Of a stretch of 31,756 nt of DNA, positions 9,292 through 16,777 are shown piece by piece (position 1 is the first letter of the stretch; each line of letters starts with the position of its first letter). Position numbers and translations under genes: made by a program. The DNA is from Candidatus Micrarchaeota archaeon (GTDB lineage Archaea; Micrarchaeota; Micrarchaeia; Micrarchaeales; CABMGC01): contig DAHVMJ010000010.1 in NCBI GenBank assembly GCA_027319905.1, forward strand, positions 1 to 31,756, written 5' to 3'. The notes beneath the pieces were generated by a model. It did no database searches. It worked only from the letters and a program-made list of their open reading frames with translations, and was not told the DNA's origin.

Positions 9292-9720
9292 ATGGCAAAC
9301 GGAGAATTTGCAGCGTTGCAGCTTAGGAAGAAGAGGAAGAAGGAACGACTGCTCAAGAAGTGGTGGAAGAGAAGATACTTCAAGCTCAAGCAGAAGTACG
9401 ACCCCGTGGGCACGGTACCGATGGCCCGCGCTCTTGTGCTCCAGAAGTTTGTGCTTCAGCAAAAGCAGCCTCACTCCGGACTTATAAAGTGTGTGCGCGT
9501 GCAGCTCATAAAGAACGGCAAGGTTGTTGGCGCATACGTGCCCTACGACGGCGCCGTGAACTTCATCGAGGAACACGACGAAGTTATGATTCAGGGATTG
9601 GGGGGTTCGCAGCGTGGCCAGATGGGGTGCATACCGGGGCTCAAGTACAGGGTCATAGGAGTCAACGGAGCAGACCTCTTCCAGGTGGTGAAGGGGAAGA
9701 TAGAGAAACCTAAGAGGTAG
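9292..9720 (+). CDS. rps12: 30S ribosomal protein S12 (uS12)
   Basis: KCVRVQLIKNGK, VPYDGAVNFIEEHDEV, IPGLKY, GKIEKP; position before rps7-fusA. Confidence 0.96.
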   Translation: MANGEFAALQLRKKRKKERLLKKWWKRRYFKLKQKYDPVGTVPMARALVLQKFVLQQKQPHSGLIKCVRVQLIKNGKVVGAYVPYDGAVNFIEEHDEVMIQGLGGSQRGQMGCIPGLKYRVIGVNGADLFQVVKGKIEKPKR

Positions 9721-9723
9721 TGT

Positions 9724-10527
9724 TTGTTGTCCGAAGATAGCGGTTCCGATAACGTCGAAGCAGGGAAGATTGCAGCCGAGGCGCAGCCGCTGCCAGAGCA
9801 AGAAACCGCGAAGGAACCCGCTGCCGAGGGGCAGAAAGAGGGCGAGGAGGCAAAACCCGCAGCAAAGCGTGCGGAAAGGAAAACCGTCAGGCGTACCGCA
9901 AAGAAGGAGAACATCGCACTGGCAGAGTCGCTTCTTTTCGGAAAGTACAGTCTCAAGGACGTTACTGTGAACGACCCTAGCCTCGCCAACTACATCATCC
10001 TGGCCCAGAAGACGTACCCCAACAGCTACGGCAGAAGGAGGAACAGGGTATACTACATAGCTCACGTCAACATTGTCGAGAGACTGATTAACAAACTGAT
10101 GCGCGGAGGCACAGGGCAGAAGATCGGCGGCAAGGTGATACGCACCGAGGGTGCGCTGCAGGGCAAGAAGATAAAGGTCATGCATGTCGTCAAGGACGCT
10201 TTCGAGACCGTGAACAAGAAGACGGGCAAGAATCCGGTGCAGGTGCTTGTCAACGCGCTCGAGAATTCGGCGCCGATAGAGGACACAACCAGGATCAGAT
10301 ACGGAGGCATAAACTACAACGTCGCCGTGGGCATAAGCGCGGCCAGACGACTTGATGTAGCGCTTAGGAATTTGGCGCTCTCTTCGCTCATAGGCGCGTT
10401 CAAGAGCAGGAAGAGCCTCGCCGACGCGCTCGCTGAAGAGCTCATACTTGCGGCCAACAGGGATCCCACAAGCTACGCGATAAAGAAGAAAGTCGAACTC
10501 GAAAGAATAGCGAGAAGCGCCAGGTAG
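9724..10527 (+). CDS. rps7: 30S ribosomal protein S7 (uS7) with N-terminal Ala/Glu/Lys-rich extension
   Basis: LFGKY, IVERLINKLM, NPVQVLVNALENSAP, YGG, ELERIARSAR; TTG start uncertain. Confidence 0.95.
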   Translation: MLSEDSGSDNVEAGKIAAEAQPLPEQETAKEPAAEGQKEGEEAKPAAKRAERKTVRRTAKKENIALAESLLFGKYSLKDVTVNDPSLANYIILAQKTYPNSYGRRRNRVYYIAHVNIVERLINKLMRGGTGQKIGGKVIRTEGALQGKKIKVMHVVKDAFETVNKKTGKNPVQVLVNALENSAPIEDTTRIRYGGINYNVAVGISAARRLDVALRNLALSSLIGAFKSRKSLADALAEELILAANRDPTSYAIKKKVELERIARSAR

Positions 10528-10532
10528 TTGCT

Positions 10533-12725
10533 ATGGTGAGAAAGGAGTTCGTAGCCGAGGAAGTCGCCAAAATAATGCGTGACGTACAGCACATAAGGAA
10601 CGTGGCCATAGTCGCCCACGTGCACCACGGCAAGACAACTCTCACCGACTCCCTCCTCGCAAAGGCTGGCATAATCTCCAAGACGGTCGCCGGCGAGGCT
10701 CTCTGGACAAACTACGAAGCGATAGAGCGGGACAGAAAGATGACGATAAAGTCGGCCAACATATCGCTATCGTTCAACTACAAAGATCACGACTACATAA
10801 TCAACCTCATCGACACCCCGGGCCACGTGGACTTCGGTTTCCACGTCACCAGGGCGATGCGCGCAGTGGACGGGGTGGTGGTAGTGGTGGATCCTGTTGA
10901 GGGAATAATGCCGCAGACCGAGACGGTGGTGAGACAGGCGCTGAAGGAGAAGGCCAAGCCCGTGCTCTTCATCAACAAAGTAGACAGGCTGCTTACAGAG
11001 CTCAAGCTCACGCCCCAGCAGACGTTCGACCGCCTGCTTAAGTTGATAAACGACGTCAACAAACTCATAGACGGTTACGCGCCCGAGGAATTCGCTGGGA
11101 AGTGGAGGGTAAGCGTCGATGACGGCAGCGTCTGCATAGGCTCCGCTGTCGAGAAGTGGGCGATATCCAAGAGGATAATGGAGAAGTACAAGGTCACGTT
11201 CAAGGAGATATTCGACCTGACAGAAAAGAACGACATAGCGAGGCTGCAGGAGATAGCGCCGATCGACGAGGCAACGCTCACCATGATGATAGAGCACCTG
11301 CCCAACCCCGCGCAGGCCCAGGCTTACAGGATACCGCATCTCTGGCACGGTGACATGCAGAGCGAGGACGGAAAGGCGATGCTAGCCGTGGATGCGAAAT
11401 CGAAGGCAAACGTAGTCATATTCGGGATAAGCTACGACCCGCACGGCGGAGAAGTGGCAATAGGGAGGGTGTTCTCCGGCACGGTGAAGAAGGGCACAGA
11501 GGTGTACGTGTCCGGGAGGCCCAACACTGAGAAGGTGCAGCAGGTCGGCCTATACATGGGGCCGGACAGGGTACAGATAAGCGAGGTGTCTGCCGGCAAT
11601 ATAGCGGCGATTGTGGGAATAAAAGACCTGCAGATAGGAGACACGCTCAGCGAGAATAGCATAGTGCCCTTCGAACAGATAACCCACTACGCGAAGCCTG
11701 TCATAACAAAGGCCGTAGAGGTCAAGGAATCGAGGGACATGCCGAAGCTGATAGAGGCGCTCAGAGAACTTTCAAAGACCGATCCCGGAATCGTTGTTAC
11801 ACTGAACCAGGAGACGGGAGAGCACCTGGTCAGCGGAAACGGAGAGCTGCACCTTGAGGTCGTAGAAACGAAGCTGCGCGATGAGTTCAAGATACCGATA
11901 ACCACGAGCGAGCCGATAGTGCTGTACAAGGAAACCATTGAGAAGCAGACGGAGGATGTGGAGGGCAAGAGCCCGAACAGGCACTCCAAGTTCGAGGTAA
12001 CGGTTATGCCGCTCGAGAAAGGAGTCATAGACCTGATAGAGAACGGAACGATAAAGGAAGGCCAGCCCAAGGGCAAGCAGTATCTCGAAGAACTTGTGGC
12101 GGCGGGAATGCCAAGAGAGGAGGCGAGAGGCCTGTGGGACGTCTCAAACGTCAGCGTGCTCATAGATGCGACGCACGGAGTGCAGTACCTGAACGAAGTC
12201 GAGGAGCTGCTCATAGACGGATTCGAGGAATCCGTGCGCGAAGGCCCGCTTGCGAAAGAGAGATGCTACGGGGTCAAGGTGCTTATAACAGACGCAACGA
12301 TACACGAAGACCCGGTGCACAGGGGTCCGGCGCAGATAATGCCAGCGATAAGGAGACCGATATGGGCCGGCATGCTTCTTTCAGGGGTCGAACTCCTGGA
12401 ACCAAAGCAGATGTTCACTTTCAACATACCCCAGGAATACATGTCAGACATAATCTCGCTGCTGCAGAGCAGGCGTGGTCAGGTGCAGGAGGTGCAGCAG
12501 CAGGGCGAAGCGGTCACCATAATAGCGAAGATGCCCGTGGCCGAGGTCATAAAGGGCTTCTCAAACGAGCTGAGGGGCGCGACAGCAGGCAGGGTAATCT
12601 GGTACTTTGAGTACGCTGGATACGAAAGGATGCCGGCAGAGCTCCAGAACGAGGTCGTTAGGGAGATAAGGAAGAGGAAGGGACAGAAGGAGGAGCCGCC
12701 CACGCCGCAGGAGTACCTGGACTAG
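10533..12725 (+). CDS. fusA: Translation elongation factor 2 (aEF-2)
   Basis: HGKTTL, DTPGHVDF, NKVDR, GELHL, EGKSPNRH, diphthamide loop HEDPVHRGPAQ, ELRGATAGR. Confidence 0.97.
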   Translation: MVRKEFVAEEVAKIMRDVQHIRNVAIVAHVHHGKTTLTDSLLAKAGIISKTVAGEALWTNYEAIERDRKMTIKSANISLSFNYKDHDYIINLIDTPGHVDFGFHVTRAMRAVDGVVVVVDPVEGIMPQTETVVRQALKEKAKPVLFINKVDRLLTELKLTPQQTFDRLLKLINDVNKLIDGYAPEEFAGKWRVSVDDGSVCIGSAVEKWAISKRIMEKYKVTFKEIFDLTEKNDIARLQEIAPIDEATLTMMIEHLPNPAQAQAYRIPHLWHGDMQSEDGKAMLAVDAKSKANVVIFGISYDPHGGEVAIGRVFSGTVKKGTEVYVSGRPNTEKVQQVGLYMGPDRVQISEVSAGNIAAIVGIKDLQIGDTLSENSIVPFEQITHYAKPVITKAVEVKESRDMPKLIEALRELSKTDPGIVVTLNQETGEHLVSGNGELHLEVVETKLRDEFKIPITTSEPIVLYKETIEKQTEDVEGKSPNRHSKFEVTVMPLEKGVIDLIENGTIKEGQPKGKQYLEELVAAGMPREEARGLWDVSNVSVLIDATHGVQYLNEVEELLIDGFEESVREGPLAKERCYGVKVLITDATIHEDPVHRGPAQIMPAIRRPIWAGMLLSGVELLEPKQMFTFNIPQEYMSDIISLLQSRRGQVQEVQQQGEAVTIIAKMPVAEVIKGFSNELRGATAGRVIWYFEYAGYERMPAELQNEVVREIRKRKGQKEEPPTPQEYLD

Positions 12726-12786
12726 GCTCTGAACGAACCGCGAGAAAGCATTAAAAACCAGGCAAGGCAGCATTAGTTGACGTTGC

Positions 12787-13656
12787 ATGATAAACGTAAC
12801 AAAACAGAAATCGGTCTACATCTCTTGCCCCAGAAGCAACCTTACGGAGCACGAGCGCGCCTTCCTGATAGACCACGAACTTGTCCTCGCTAATGAGAGC
12901 AGGGAGCGAACCTATACGCCTCGCGATAAAAAGAAGATGAGCCCTGACGCTGCCATACGCGCATTCTACAGGGACCGCGAAGCAATGGAGAAAGCCGATG
13001 AGGTGCACATGTTCTGGAAGTATCCGGACCCCGACCTTCTTTTCGATCTGGGCATGGCGATCGCGCTTGGAAAGAGGATAGTCCTGATAAACGAGGTTGA
13101 GAGGACTCCAGGAAAGAAGTCGCACAGCAATGTAGTGCTCGACCTTGACGAGGGGAAGGCGGTAATCGATGGAGATATGCGCAACAACACGCGCAGTTTC
13201 CTTGACGCTGGAGGACGGTCAACGTTCATGATTTGCCCCGTCAGGGACGCGCCCCAGGAAGTGGTTGACGCACTAAGGGAGTGGAAAAAGAAGAACAAAG
13301 AAAGAGAGATCAACTCCTACTACCCTGGAGACGAGACGGTGCAGGTGGACCCGGAAGGAGGCATAAACATAATGCGTCAGAATCTCAGAAGCGTGATGGC
13401 GGCTTCAGGCGCAGACGTCTTCTGGACAGGCAGCACAGGCAGCATGGCCGATCTTGGTTCGATATTCGCGCTCGGGAAGGACGTGGTCGGCGCTGCTGTA
13501 ATAACCAGCGAGGACAAGAAAGCGGTACTGCGCCCCCTGGAGAGAACGCCGCACGGTTCCTACGAGAATCTTATCATAAAGCTGAACGAGGATTTCAAGC
13601 AAAAACTGTCCGTGCAGCGTGCGGCAATTCTGGAGATACTCAGCTACCTTAGATAG
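12787..13656 (+). CDS. Uncharacterised protein with two tandem nucleoside 2-deoxyribosyltransferase-like domains
   Basis: Internal repeat: ISCP..YTP..ADEVHMFW..FDLGMAIALGK..ERTP and MICP..YYP..ADVFW..ADLGSIFALGK..ERTP; own BRE/TATA GAAAGCATTAAAAA at 12744-12757. Confidence 0.65.
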   Translation: MINVTKQKSVYISCPRSNLTEHERAFLIDHELVLANESRERTYTPRDKKKMSPDAAIRAFYRDREAMEKADEVHMFWKYPDPDLLFDLGMAIALGKRIVLINEVERTPGKKSHSNVVLDLDEGKAVIDGDMRNNTRSFLDAGGRSTFMICPVRDAPQEVVDALREWKKKNKEREINSYYPGDETVQVDPEGGINIMRQNLRSVMAASGADVFWTGSTGSMADLGSIFALGKDVVGAAVITSEDKKAVLRPLERTPHGSYENLIIKLNEDFKQKLSVQRAAILEILSYLR

Positions 13657-13686
13657 GGTTAAAAATCCTCTCTGGCATATACTACG

Positions 13687-13753
13687 GCAACAAATGATAC
13701 TGAGGGCGATGTTCTCGGTTGACTTTTTATGTTGCACCAATGAAACGAGGTGT
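13687..13753 (+). promoter_or_regulatory. rpl7ae 5' leader with a K-turn-like element and a K-loop (putative L7Ae autoregulatory site)
   Basis: TATA TTAAAAA 13659-13665; AAT-GA-T...T-GA closing a 9-bp stem (13693-13722); GCACC-AAT-GA-AAC-GA-GGTGT (13734-13753) contains the SD GAGGTG. Confidence 0.7.
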
Positions 13754-13757
13754 CTAA

Positions 13758-14282
13758 ATGGCAAAAGCATACGTGAAATTCGAAGTACCAAAGGAGATAG
13801 CTGACAAGTCGCTCGAAGCGCTGCGACTAGCAAAGCAGAGCGGCACGGTAAAGAAGGGAGTGAACGAAGTCACGAAGAGCGTGGAACGCGGAATAGCGAC
13901 GCTCGTGGTCATCGCCGGCGACGTGGAGCCGGAGGAGGTGGTGATGCACATACCAACCATCTGCGAGCAGAAGAGAATCCCCTTCGTTTTCGTGCCAACG
14001 AAGCAGGACCTCGGCAAGGCAGCGGGCCTGGGAGTTCCGTGCGCAGCAGCGGCCGTAGAGAAAGCGGGCGAGGGTCAGTCGCAGCTTAAAGAGGTGGCCA
14101 ACTGGGCTTCCGGGAAGATGGGTGGCGGTGCGAAACCGCAGGCAGTAGCGAAGACTGAGGCGCCCAAGCAGGAAGCACCCAAGAAACCAGCCCAAAAGAG
14201 AGAGGCGAAGAAGCAGGAAGCCAAGTCTGTGGAGGTTCCCAAGACAGAGCAGCCGGCACCGGAGCAGGCAGCAGCGCAATGA
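13758..14282 (+). CDS. rpl7ae: 50S ribosomal protein L7Ae with C-terminal low-complexity extension
   Basis: KKGVNEVTKSVERG, LVVIAGDVEPEEVVMHIP, DLGKAAGLGV. Confidence 0.96.
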   Translation: MAKAYVKFEVPKEIADKSLEALRLAKQSGTVKKGVNEVTKSVERGIATLVVIAGDVEPEEVVMHIPTICEQKRIPFVFVPTKQDLGKAAGLGVPCAAAAVEKAGEGQSQLKEVANWASGKMGGGAKPQAVAKTEAPKQEAPKKPAQKREAKKQEAKSVEVPKTEQPAPEQAAAQ

Positions 14283-14297
14283 TAATAGGATATTAGC

Positions 14298-14528
14298 ATG
14301 GCGGAAGAGCAGCCCAGGCAGTTCGATGGCTACCTTGCGGAGATAGTCGAGATCCAACCGAGAAAGACGGGGATGTTCGGCTCAATAATACAGGCGATGT
14401 GCAAGGTGCTGGAGGGCAAGGACAAGGGAAGGGTCATAAGGCGAAACCTCAGCGGTAAGGCAAAGGTCGGCGACATGATACGCCTCGGCGACACGAGCAG
14501 GGAGGACAAGCCGATCAACATAAAGTGA
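14298..14528 (+). CDS. rps28e: 30S ribosomal protein S28e
   Basis: AEIVEI, TGMFG, CKVLEGKDKGRVIRRN, VGDMIRL, RE; follows rpl7ae. Confidence 0.94.
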   Translation: MAEEQPRQFDGYLAEIVEIQPRKTGMFGSIIQAMCKVLEGKDKGRVIRRNLSGKAKVGDMIRLGDTSREDKPINIK

Positions 14529-14532
14529 TCAC

Positions 14533-14709
14533 ATGAAGTGCGCCTACTGCACCAAGGAGATAGAGAAGGGATCCGGGATAATGTACGTGAGGAGAACTGG
14601 CGCAGTGCGTTACTACTGCTCAGACCGCTGCTACGAGTTTGATGCGGTGCAGCAGAAGAAACAGCGCGCAAAAGAGATAAAGGAGCTGACCAAAACAGCC
14701 AAAAAGTAG
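14533..14709 (+). CDS. rpl24e: 50S ribosomal protein L24e (58 aa, absent from the ORF track)
   Basis: Own translation MKCAYCTKEIEKGSGIMYVRRTGAVRYYCSDRCYEFDAVQQKKQRAKEIKELTKTAKK: CxxC...G.G.MYV...CSxxC zinc finger; conserved L7Ae-S28e-L24e order. Confidence 0.94.
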   Translation: MKCAYCTKEIEKGSGIMYVRRTGAVRYYCSDRCYEFDAVQQKKQRAKEIKELTKTAKK

Positions 14710-14727
14710 CGCTACCTAATCCTTTTC

Positions 14728-15885
14728 ATGGAGTTCAGCGAAGGAGAACGCCTTATAGTTGTTCACTTCGGCGAGCTGTGGCTGAAGGGCGGCAACAGGA
14801 ACGACTACATAAGGCTGCTCGAGAAGAATATAAGGGAGCAGCTGCGCGGCGCCGATTTTGCACTGGAAAGATACTTCGACAGGCTTATACTAAGGCCGGG
14901 GAAGGGTGCGAATGAAAATGGCCTGCGTGAAAGGCTGGGCAGCGTATTCGGCATAAGCGCGTTTGAAACCGCCATCGTGGCGAAGCCCGAACGCAGGAGC
15001 ATATCGGCTACGGCAAAAATGCTTCTTTCTGCGCAGCCGAAGCCCAAGAGCGTGAGGATAAACTCGCACAGATCATACAAGCAGCTTTCATTCAATTCGA
15101 TCGATGTTGTGAACGACCTGAAGAAGGTCGCCGAGGACGTCGGCGTGGAGCCGATGACAAGCGGGCACGAGAGGGAGCTTAACATAAGCATAACAAGAGA
15201 CGCCGCCTTTCTGACCGTTGACAGGCAGAGGGGAGCCGGCGGGCTTCCTGTTGGCAGTTCGGGCAAGGCTGTGGTGCTGCTTTCTGGCGGCATAGACTCG
15301 CCGGTAGCCGCATGGTACGCGATGAAGCGCGGCCTCATTCCCATCTACCTGCATGTCCACGCCTTCAAGGACAACGCCGATGCAGAGAAGGAAAAGGTTC
15401 CCAGGATCATCAACACTCTCTCTGTGTTCTGCCCGCATGCGAAAACATACTTCGTCCCCTCTTACGTGTTTCAGGCCAACTCCACAAGGTTCGGAAAGTA
15501 CGAACTCATACTGCTCAAGGCGTTCATGCTTAGGCTTGCTGCCAGGTTGGCGAAGAAGGAAGGGGCCGGTGTGATAGTTACCGGGGAGAGCCTGGGGCAG
15601 GTGGCATCGCAGACTTCAAGCAACCTTATGGCGGAGCAGCACGGCATCTCGCTGCCGATCCTCAGGCCGCTCATAGGTATGGACAAGGAGGAGATAGTTC
15701 AGATTGCCAAGAGGATAGGCACGTTCAGCGATTCAATAAGGCAGTACAAGGATGTCTGCTCCATAAACGCGAGGAACCCCAAGACCAAGACAAATACCGA
15801 GGACATGAAGCAGATGCTGCGCAGCATCGGGATCGGAAGGGTGGTGGCGAGGAGTGCCAAACTGGCCGGAGTGCAAGAAGTTTAA
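14728..15885 (+). CDS. thiI: tRNA 4-thiouridine synthase ThiI (no rhodanese domain)
   Basis: GELWLKGGNR, THUMP region, GGLPVGSSGK, PP-loop SGGIDS, GESLGQVASQT, RPLIGMDKEEI. Confidence 0.93.
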   Translation: MEFSEGERLIVVHFGELWLKGGNRNDYIRLLEKNIREQLRGADFALERYFDRLILRPGKGANENGLRERLGSVFGISAFETAIVAKPERRSISATAKMLLSAQPKPKSVRINSHRSYKQLSFNSIDVVNDLKKVAEDVGVEPMTSGHERELNISITRDAAFLTVDRQRGAGGLPVGSSGKAVVLLSGGIDSPVAAWYAMKRGLIPIYLHVHAFKDNADAEKEKVPRIINTLSVFCPHAKTYFVPSYVFQANSTRFGKYELILLKAFMLRLAARLAKKEGAGVIVTGESLGQVASQTSSNLMAEQHGISLPILRPLIGMDKEEIVQIAKRIGTFSDSIRQYKDVCSINARNPKTKTNTEDMKQMLRSIGIGRVVARSAKLAGVQEV

Positions 15886-15914
15886 TAACAGCAATGCCTA
15901 TCCAGCATGATTGT

Positions 15915-16109
15915 ATGACAATCTCAAAGAACATTGGCAGGTCGCAGGCGTTGCTTCCGCTGCTTGAGAAGGTCGCGCGCGGAAATCTTACCGAGAATGA
16001 AGCCAGGCAGTACGCCGCACTGGTTAACGGCAGCATAACAGAAGACGAGGCCAGGCAGACGGTTAGAAAGATGGCGGAACCAGGGTGGGTCAGCCTGGAA
16101 AAGCGCTGA
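15915..16109 (+). CDS. Small hypothetical protein (64 aa), possibly degenerate histone fold or helix-turn-helix
   Basis: Fills the gap between thiI and the next gene; TATA-like TTTAATAA at about 15881-15888 favours ATG 15915 over 15894; internal repeat LTENEARQ/ITEDEARQ. Confidence 0.55.
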   Translation: MTISKNIGRSQALLPLLEKVARGNLTENEARQYAALVNGSITEDEARQTVRKMAEPGWVSLEKR

Positions 16110-16153
16110 GCCGTCCAGCAAACATTTTATATGTGCTGGTCTCATCTTAGAGC

Positions 16154-16777
16154 ATGGATCTGCTGGCTCGCACGATAATAATCGCGGTTGCCGTAATAAT
16201 CATACTCTTCATCGTGTACTACGCGCTCCAGAATACCGTCTTCCAGCACGTAACTCAGCAGCAGGCCGCCTCGCTCGTAACAGCAGACCTGCAGCGCACA
16301 TACCCCAACGCGCTGATAAACGTAACAAACAACACACCCTCAAACTACTCGGGCAGCTGGCACATCGTCGCCTCAGTGGTTCTCAACGCCACTTCAGTAT
16401 GCCCCTCCTACTTTGTCTACACCTTCGATTACCCTCAGTTCGGCTTCGTATACAGGGTGGACAACACATACACAAGCAACTGCGTCATCTACGGGCTGAG
16501 CAGCGCAAAGCCCTTCATACTCTCATCCTTTCCTGTGGCGATAACCAGAGCGTACACGCTTGGCATACCCTCAGTCCTGTCATTTGTTGGCTCCGCCGGG
16601 TTTGGTAACACCTCGGCACATGCGAACTTCTTCACGCTCACATCCGTGCAGGGAAGCAACTACTCGAACATATGGATAGTCAACTATTCCTCGGCCAGGG
16701 AGAACTATACTGTGTACGTTCTCCTGTCGCAGCTCAACGGCACGCTGATCAAGGCGTTCAGCGTCCCGAACTCATAG
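16154..16777 (+). CDS. Membrane-anchored extracellular protein, possibly with PepSY-like domains
   Basis: N-terminal TM helix, many N-x-S/T sequons, a Cys pair, C-terminal WIVNY...VYVLLSQLNGTLI pattern; TATA TTTTATAT upstream. Confidence 0.7.
   Translation: MDLLARTIIIAVAVIIILFIVYYALQNTVFQHVTQQQAASLVTADLQRTYPNALINVTNNTPSNYSGSWHIVASVVLNATSVCPSYFVYTFDYPQFGFVYRVDNTYTSNCVIYGLSSAKPFILSSFPVAITRAYTLGIPSVLSFVGSAGFGNTSAHANFFTLTSVQGSNYSNIWIVNYSSARENYTVYVLLSQLNGTLIKAFSVPNS

Noticed and set aside
9229..10185. 318-aa antisense ORF and many similar long antisense or alternate-frame ORFs (e.g. 5204-5998, 20477-21163, 24877-25605, 27800-28510)
   Set aside because: They overlap well-supported genes, show no motifs, and are expected from the codon bias
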